Part shown: piece after piece, positions 1-9,000 of the stretch
Position numbering within the stretch: position 1 is the first letter of the stretch
How the letters are laid out: the number at the start of each line of letters is the position of its first letter
Assembly (NCBI GenBank): GCA_919901855.1
Contig: CAKKQC010000007.1
Span: 87,517 to 151,516, forward strand
Direction of reading: 5' to 3'
Length of the DNA: 64,000 bases
DNA from: a bacterium
Lineage (GTDB): Bacteria > Oederibacteriota > CAKKQC01
Notes under the pieces: generated by a model
Told to the model about the DNA's origin: nothing
The model's database searches: none
Seen by the model: only the letters and a program-made list of their open reading frames with translations
Position numbers and translations under genes: made by a program

Positions 1-3000
1 CGCAGCGTGTAGACCGCGACCGTGCTCCCGGGCGGCAGGCCCTGGAACTTGACCGTGCCCCGGACGGCCCGGCGCGGGTTGTACGGATTGGGGTAGACCC
101 GGAACGGTACGCCGCAGTACGAGGGCGGCGGGGGAACGTACGGGTCTAGGATGGCGACCGAGACGATGTTGCTCTCGACCTCGCGGTATGTCCCATCCAC
201 CACGCCATGAAACGCGGCCGTCGTCCAGTTGTCTCCGAGGGGCTTCCCGGTGACGGAGACGGTCAGGGTCACGCTCCCGGCCGCTCCGGGCGGCAGGTCG
301 GGCAGTGACCAGTCCACCTTCGTGCCGTCGAAGACACACCCCGTGCCGCAGTGGTCGAATACCGCGCCCGCCGGAATCGTGTCCCAGACCTTGAACGCCA
401 TGGCCGTGTCCCGGCAATGGTTGGCGAACTCGATCGTGTAGGTGAGCAGGTCGCCCCGCAGGACGCCGGGCCGGGAGGACCGCTTCGTCAGCGTGACGCC
501 CGTGTCCCGGACCTCGACGGGTGGCGCCGCGGCGGTGACGACGGGCTGGGGCGTGCCGCAGCCGTTCCGGAACGACGCCGACGCCGCGTGCGAGAGCGAG
601 AAGACGCTGCAGGTCGGCACGGGCGCCACGGTGAGCAGTACCGTCAAGCGCGCGCCGGGCGCGAGCGGAGGCAGCGTCCAGGATGCCACGGAACCGGAGA
701 GCGTGCCTCCCGCCACCCACGTGGACCCGGCCGGCACCGTATCCCAGAGCGCGAGGTTCGCGATCGTGTCGGTTCCCGTGTTCGTGCAGGTCAGGGCGAA
801 GACGACGGTGCCGGCGGAGGACGCCTGGAAGATGCTGGGCACGATCCCGAGGTCCAGCCGGGCCTGCACGACTCCCACCGTGCACGTGTTGCTCCAGGCC
901 GGCGGCTGCGGGATCGCCGCGCTGTTCGCCAGGTCCGCCCGGGCGCCGTGGACCCCGAGCGAGCCGGTCACGGTGACGGTCAGGAATAACCCCGCACCGG
1001 CGCCGGGTGGCAGGTTTGGCAGGATCCAGGTGGTGTGTGTGCCGTCGAACGAGCATCCGGTGCCTCCGCCGCACGACCCGTACAGCGCCCCCGCGGGCAG
1101 GGTGTCGGTGACCGTTACGCTCGTGGCGGTGTCCGTCCCCGTGTTGGTAATCGAGAATCCGTACACGAGGAGGCCGCCGAGGCAGGCCGGGGCCGGGGCG
1201 GGAATCTGCCGGATAGCCAGCCGGGCCTGCGTGATCGCCACCGTGACGGGGTTGCTGATGGCGGAGCCGGGGGCGAGGGCGGTGTTCGTGAACCAGGCGG
1301 AGAACCGGTTCGACGGAGTCGTGGCCGTGATCGTCGCCGTGAACCAGACCTCGACCGTCCGGCCCGGGCCGAGGTCGGCCAGGGCCCAGCCCACGCGAAC
1401 ACCGTCGAACGCGCCGCCGTCGCAGTGGTCGTACACGACGCCCGCGGGCAGGGTGTCCAGCAGGCTGATCCCGATCGCGGTGTCGGAGCCGGCGTTGAAG
1501 GTCCGGAGCGTGTACGTGACGAGACTGCCGTCGGGGACGGGGGAGCCCGAGACGGTCTTCGTGAGCACGAGGTTCGCCCGGCGAACCGCCACGCAGGCCG
1601 CCGGACTCGAGCGCGGGCGGGCGTCGAACAGGAGCGTCGCGGAAGCCGCGTTGCACACGGTGTCACCCTCGGCGAGCGTGGCCGAGGTGCGCACCCGGAA
1701 GGCGAGCCAGCCGGAGGCGCCGGGATACGCGCGGTCCACGGTCCAGCGGAGGACGAGGGGAGGCGCCGTGCCGTCCGCCGGCTCGCCGGCCGTCCAGGGG
1801 CCGGCCGTCGACGGCCCGTAGGCGGACGCCGTGAGAGAGGGGGTGCCTGCCGGGTCCGGGTATGCGAGGAACCCGAGGCTGGGGGCGGCGTACCGGGTGC
1901 CGGGCGGCATGGTGTCCGTGATGACGAGGCCGCGCGCGATCCCTCCGGCCGTGTTCGTCCATCGGATCGTGTAGAGGATCTCGCCGCCAGCGGGCACGCC
2001 GTACGCGGGCAGGGCCTCCTTCACCAGCTCGGGCGACCCCGGCGTCACCGCCACCGTGACGGGGTTGCTGATGGCGGAGCCGGGGGCGAGGGCGGTGTTC
2101 GTGAACCAGGCGGAGAACCGGTTCGACGGAGTCGTGGCCGTGATCGTCGCCGTGAACCAGACCTCGACCGTCCGGCCCGGGCCGAGGTCGGCCAGGGCCC
2201 AGCCCACGCGAACACCGTCGAACGCGCCGCCGTCGCAGTGGTCGTACACGACGCCCGCGGGCAGGGTGTCCAGCAGGCTGATCCCGATCGCGGTGTCGGA
2301 GCCGGCGTTGAAGGTCCGGAGCGTGTACGTGACGAGACTGCCGTCGGGAACGGGGGAGCCCGAGACGGTCATCGTGAGCACGAGGTTCGCCCGGCGGACG
2401 AGCGTGCAGGCCTCCGGGCTCGGGCGCGGAGGGGCGTCGAACAGGAGGGTCGCGGACGCGGCGTTGCAGACCGGATCGCCTTCCGCGAGCGTGGCCGAGG
2501 TGCGCACCCGGAACGCGAGCCAGCCGGAGGAGCCGGGATACGCGCGGTCCACGGTCCAGCGGAGGACGAGGGGGGCAGGTGTTCCGCCCGGCGGCTCGCC
2601 CGCCGTCCAGGGGCCGGCCGTCGACGGAGCATAGGCGGACGCTGTGAGCGAGGGGGCGCCCGCCCAGTCCGGATACGCGGCGAACGCGAGGCTCGCCGGC
2701 GAATACGACGTGCCGGGCGGCAGGGCGTCCGTGATGACGAGACCGCGCACGATCCCTCCGGCCGTGTTGGTCCACCGGATCGTGTAGAGGATCTCGCCGC
2801 CGGCGGGCACGCCGTCCGCGGGCAGGGCCTCCTTCACCAGCTCGGGTGACCCCGGCGCGATGGCCACCGTGACGGGGTTGCTGGTCACGGGACCCAGCCA
2901 TTGGGTCGCGCTGTCAAGGAATCCGGCTGCCCCGCGGTTGATTGCCCCGTCCAGCGCGCCGGTGGCGCTGACCGTGACCGCGAGCGTGGCGGCTGCTCCC

Positions 3001-6000
3001 GGCACGAGCTGATCGATGGTGAACACCACCTTCGTCCCGTCGAAGGCGCACGTGGTGCCCCCGGAGCACGCGACGAAGCCGGCTCCGGGCGGCAGCGTAT
3101 CCCAGACCACGATGTCGCGCGCGCGGTCCGTACCCCAGTTCGTGATCTGGAGGTAGTAGTCGAGGAGACTCCCGTCCGGAACGACTTCCTGGCTCGCGAA
3201 CTTGGCCAGGGCGATCCGGGGCGTCACGAGGAAGACGCTGACGGGATTGCTCGGCTTGTCCGGTGCGACCTTCCCGGCCTCGTCCCGGTACCCGAACCGG
3301 GCGATGTTGGGTCCGAGCGTAAGGCCAGATCCGTTGGCCGAAACGGTCACGGACACGGTGCCGGACGAGCCGGGCGGAAGATCCGGCGGCAGTTGCCATG
3401 TCACGATGCCCTCGTGCACGGTACACGACAGGCCGCCGCTGCAGGCGACGAAGTCGGCGCCCGGGGGAAGCGTGTCCCAGAGGGCGACCTGGCTGGCCGT
3501 CATCGCCCCCGCGTTCGCGTAATCGATGGTGTAGGCGAAGGGCATGCCCCGGTTCAGGATCCAGCCGCTCGGGGTCTTGGTGAGCCGGATATCGATCCCG
3601 ACCGGGTTGACGACCTCGTTGCTGATCGACGTCCGCGAGCCGAGGAACACCGTAGCCGAGGCGCTGTTCGCAATCACCGCGCCTGGCTCGAACGCGGTGG
3701 CCGACACGACCAGCCGGTACCGGATGAAGCCGCTCCGGTCCGGGGCGGCCCGGTCCACGACCCATCTCAACAGGAGCGGCACGTCGGCCAGGTCGGGCGG
3801 CTCCCCGGCGGTCCACGGCCCGTCGATGGACGGACTCCACGCCACTCCGGCGAGCGACGGCGTCCCCAGGTCGTCCGGCCTCGCCCAGAACTCGAGGCTG
3901 GGAGAGCGGTATCGCGTGAGGGCCGGCAGGTTGTCCGTGATCGTGAGGCCGTAGAGGGTGTCCCCGCCCACGGTCCTCCAGGAGATGGTGTAGGTCAGCT
4001 CGGTGCCGTCCAGGACCGCCCCACTCGGCGAGGAGTCCTTGAAGAGCGACGCCGTGCTCCGGAGCGATCCGATCTCGGTGGTCACGTATTGGGTGAAGGA
4101 GAAGGACTCGCCGGGACCGATGGTGAGCGGTGCGGTCTTGCCCCAGTAGTAGACCATGGCGCTGTCGGTGCCCGAACCCGTGTTGACGAAGTCCCAGGCT
4201 TCCCCGACGGACGTTCCCCATGACGCGTACCGGAGCTCGTCGGGCTGGGTGGCGGGCCGGGCCACGTCGCACCCGCTCACGCTCCCGAACACGCTGAAGG
4301 TCGGCGAAGAGGGGAAGTCCACCTGCTCGTACCGCGGGAAGTCCGGCGGCGCGAACGTGACGAAGGTGTCGCTGAAAACCCCGTCGGGATCGCGCGACCT
4401 GAACCACGAATCGTCGCTGCTCGCGATCATCCAGTCCCAGAGGTACCGGACGCCGTACTGGCGCGCGGATGCCGTAATGTTGTTTACCGAGACGGTGTGC
4501 CGGACCTTGGAATCCGCCAGGCTGCTGCCCGAGATCGCGACATCCTCGATCACGATGTAGTCCGGCAGGTTGTAGGTGGCCCGGAACTCCTTCGGCCCGA
4601 GCGCGGTCAGGGAGCAGGGGTAATCCGACATCCTGCCGGCCGTGTAACCCGCCTCGACGGTCGGGTAGCCGTCCTCGTTGGTCCACACGGTCAGGCCGTC
4701 GACGTCGCGCACGCTGAAGTACGAGGTGGACTGGGAGGGATAGATGACGTTCTGGTTCGGGTGGGGATGGTCCTCCCCGGTGCGGACCGTGAACTGGCCC
4801 ATCCCCGCGTTGTCGGCGCTCTCTCCGGTACACTCGACGGTCAGGATGCCGTTCGTGAACACGCACGGAATCGCGCACCCGTCGGAATCCTCGCCGGACA
4901 CCGGCAATCCCGTCAGCTGGTCGATCCCGGTCGCGGTCGCCGTGAACTGCACGTTCCCGACGCCGGTGACGCTGAAGGTCCACAGGAAGGTCTGGCTCGC
5001 CCCCGGCCCCAGGGCCACGGGACCGGGCGGAACGGGGCCGGCCAGGAGCTGCATGGCCAGCGGGTTGACCGGGATCCAGATGGAGGGCGACACCCCGGTC
5101 AGGGTCCCCGTCCCCGGGTTCTCGGCCGTCAGCGCCGCCAGCACGATGTCGCCCATGGCGGGATTGGGCGGCGTCACGGTGAGGCTGACGACCACGCAGG
5201 CCGAGGTGGGGCGGTACCGGATCACGCGCCAGTTTTCGGCCTGGCCGGCGTCGGAACGGTCCTCGCTGCCCGCCAGGAGAATGTCGCCGGAGGGGGCGAT
5301 GGCCACTCCGTATGCCTCGTCGTAGCCTCCCGCCGGACCGTCGTAGCTGACGGACCACAACTCCTCCCCGGTCGAGTCGAACAGGACCATGCGCCAGTCG
5401 TAGTTCGTGCCCAGGTCGGCCCGATACTCGCTCCCGGCGAGGAGGACCCGGCCGTTGACGTCGACGGAGACCGCGTGGGCCGTGTCGTACCCGTTCCCGG
5501 GGTCGTTGTACGACTTCGTCCAGAGCAGGTTGCCCGCGGCGTCGTACGTTCGCACGAGCTGGTCGGAGTCCTGGCCGATGTCCCACCGGTATTCGGATCC
5601 GGCCACGACGATGCGGCCGGCGGGGTCGATCGCGACGGCGGTGGCCTGGTCCGTGCTGTTGGCCGGGCTGTTGTACGACCGTTCCCAGAGGAGGGATCCG
5701 TCGGGATCGTACCGGCGCACGAGCCAGTTGTTGCCCTGCCCGAGGTCGAGGCGATTCTCGTACCCCGCGACGACGATGTCGCCGGCGGAATCCACGGCGA
5801 CGCCCTCCGCCCGGTCGGAGCCGCTCCCGGGTCCGGTGTATGAACGGCTCCAGAGGAGGGCGCCATCGGGATCGTACTTGAGGATCCGCCAGTTGTCTCC
5901 CTGGCCGAGGTCCGTGCGGGCTTCGTATCCGGCCACAACGATGTTCCCCGCGGCATCCGCCGCCACTGCGACGGCCTGATCGTCGCCGTTGCCGGGGCTG

Positions 6001-9000
6001 TTGTAGGAACGGCTCCAGAGGAGGGCGCCGTCGGAATCGTACTTGCGCACATGCCAGTTGTTGCCCTGGAGGAGGTCCCAGCGTGCCTCGGCTCCCGCGA
6101 CGATGATATTGCCTCCGCCATCGATTGCCACGGCGTAGGCGCGGTCGAAGTAGTGGGCGGGAGAGTCGTAGGTCACGGTCCAGATCAGGTTGCCCGCGGG
6201 CCCGTACTTCCGGATCAGCCAGTTGCCGTCCTGGAAGATGTCGTACCGGCTCTCATGGCCGGCGACGACGGCGTTGCCCGCCCCGTCCACGGCCACAGCC
6301 GCCGCAGCGTCGGCGTAGTTCGCGGGGGAGTCGTAGTCCACGCTCCACACCTCGTTGGGCGGGCACCGCGCGGCGACCAGGGCGGTCGCGATGTCCAGCC
6401 TCACGCTGTGGACCGAGACCGGACGGTGCAGGCACGCATCCTCGCCCGTCACGGTGGCCGTGAACACGACGGATCCCGCCGCATCGGCGAGGTAGGTCCA
6501 GGTGAACGAGACCGATCCGCCGGGGTCGAGGACCACGGGACCGGCTGGCGTCGGACCGGTGACCAGGCTGGCGGCGCCCCCGGCCGGATGGCATACGAGC
6601 GCGGGGCTGAGGTCGAACAGCGGACCGGTGCCCGGGTTCGAGGCGTCCAGCACGACCGTGACCGGTTGGCCGACCGCCGCGGTCGAGGGCGACACCGTGA
6701 GCGTGGAGGCCAGCTCGCCGGCGGTGCCGGTGACGAGGGTGCCGGACGAGATGGCGGCGAGCAGGCATTCGGTGACCGGATCCGCCGCCTGCGCCCTGCC
6801 GGTCAGCGCCACCGCGCCCTGCCCCGATACGCTCAGGGTCCAGACGAAGACTTGGCGGCTCCCTGCCGCGATCGTGACCGGACCGGACGGTGAGGGCCCG
6901 CTGATCGATTCGACCAGCCCCGCGCCCTGGTCGAGCGTGAGCCAGGGGGTGACGCCCGGAATGTCGACCGCGGCCGTGTCAGTGACCGTGAGCGCGACCT
7001 CGAACCAGCGCCCCGTGCAGGCGCCGGCCGGGATCGAGAGGCTTCCGGTGAGCCATGCCGAGGCCAGCACCGTGATCGCGGGGGATACCCAAGGCCCCGT
7101 GTCGAGCGGACTCCCGCTGTTCGCGTCCCGGCCCGCGACGGTCGCGGTGAACTCGACGCTTCCGCCGGCGGTCGCCCGGTAGACCCAGGTCAGGCTCGTG
7201 CGCTGGCCTCCCTCGAGCCGGGCGACGGGAGGGGGGGAGGAGACGAGTGCGATCCCGCCGCTTCCTCCCGGTGAGAGGGCGGGCCCACCGACATCCAGCG
7301 CGGCGGCCTCCCCCGTGTTGGTGACGGTCGCGACGACGCTGACCAGGTTTCCGCCGCACACGGGGTCGGGCTGGGCCGTCAGCGGCCCTCCTTCCAGGAC
7401 GGCGGGACGCTGGACGGTCAGCACGACCGCGGGGTGCGCGGCCGGCATGGCCACGCCCGAGTTGGCGTCCGCAGCGGTGACCGTGGTCGAGAAGCGGACG
7501 GGCCCGGCCAGGGTCGCCGTGAATGTCCACGTGAACACGATCGCGGAACCGCCGGGCAGGCTCAAGGGAGGCACGGGCCACGGTCCCGCGAGGAGGCCCG
7601 CGTTCCCGGTGCCCGCGAGCAGGAGCGGCTCCATGGTGAGCCCGGCCAGGGCGGCCTGTCCGGTGTTGGTGACAGTCAGTGTGACCATGAAGGACTGGCC
7701 GGTGCTGGCCGGGTTCGGCACCGCCGCCAGCCGGGCATCCATGAGGGCCGGGACCTGGACGAGCGTTCCGGCCGCGTCGCCGTCGCACGGGTTGGCTCCC
7801 GCCGTCGCGTTGAACGCCGCCCGGCCCGTTCCGGTCGCCAGGAAGTGCCACGTAAACGTCTGCGCGCTTCCCGCCGGGACCGGGAACGGGCCGGCGGGAA
7901 CGGGCCCCGACACGAGGGTGACCAGCCCCGCGGCGGGCACGACGGCGATGGCGGGAGACGCCGCCGTCGTGCCGCTGCCGGTGTTCGTCACCGTAAGCGT
8001 GACGTCGAAGGACTGCCCGGAGGAGACCGTGTCCGGCGCGGCCGCGTGCGTGTCGAAGGGAACCGGATCGTCCACGAGGTTCGCCGCGGGGTCGGACGGG
8101 AACGCACGGCTCTCGCCCGTAAACGTGGCCGAGGCCCGGTTCGTGACGAGCGATCCCTGGGCGAGGGCGGAGGACACCGCGATCCGGTAGCCGATCGATC
8201 CCGACCGGCCCGGCGCGACCCGGTCCACGACCCAGCGCAGGACCAGGGGCGCCGCCGTGCCGGGGGCCGGGAGGCCGGGCGTCCACGGGCCGGCCGCCGA
8301 GGAGGCCCATGCCGATGACGTGAGAGCCGGCGTCCCGAGCGCGTCGGCCTGCGCGAAGAGACCGGGCTGGCCGGACGAGAACGCGGTGCCGTTCGGCAGG
8401 GTATCGGTGATGGTGAGCGCGAACGCGTTGGTCCACCCCCCCTTGGTCCACGAGATCGCGTAATCGACCGTCCGGCCCGCGCAGACATATCCGGCGGGGT
8501 TCGCCTGCTTGCGCACGACCAGCCGCGGCACGCCCGTGACCGTGGCCGTCGTCGAGACGTCCGCAAACCGGGGATCGTCCACGCGGGCGACGACCAGGTG
8601 GCGTCCCGGAGTCGCCGACAGGACGAGTGACGTCGTGAACCGGGGCGGGGTGCCCGCCGTGGTCCCCGTGGCCGGCACGATCGCGGCTCCCGGCGGGGAG
8701 GACACCAGCGTGGCGCGCACGGGGACACCCCGGATGGCGGCTCCGGTTCCGTCCCGGGCGACGATCTCGAGGGCCGTGATGAGGCCCGCCTCGTTCGGAT
8801 CAGGGACGGCCTTCACCTCGAGGGAAGCCGGGGACAGTCCCGGGATCGTGAAGGCGGGGAGGGGCATCCACAGGGGGGATTCGCTGTCCCAGTCGGTCAG
8901 GTAGGCGTCCGGCACGCAGGTCACGGGGGCGTAGCCCTCGTTGGGGTTGATGGCGAGCGTCGTCGAATACGAGCTGATGGTGGCGGCCATCCAGGTCTCC

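Noticed and set aside
229-2849. Track ORFs 229..441, 442..1821, 2056..2634 (+, Ser/Thr/Pro/Ala-rich, protein-like) and 351..989, 683..976, 1035..2849 (+, Arg/Gly-rich)
   Set aside because: These are antisense shadows of the giant minus-strand gene. The first three share codon position 3 with the true minus frame, which explains their high GC3 and protein-like composition, but they are broken by stops at 439 and 1819. The minus frame is open throughout and yields S8 and DUF11 motifs.
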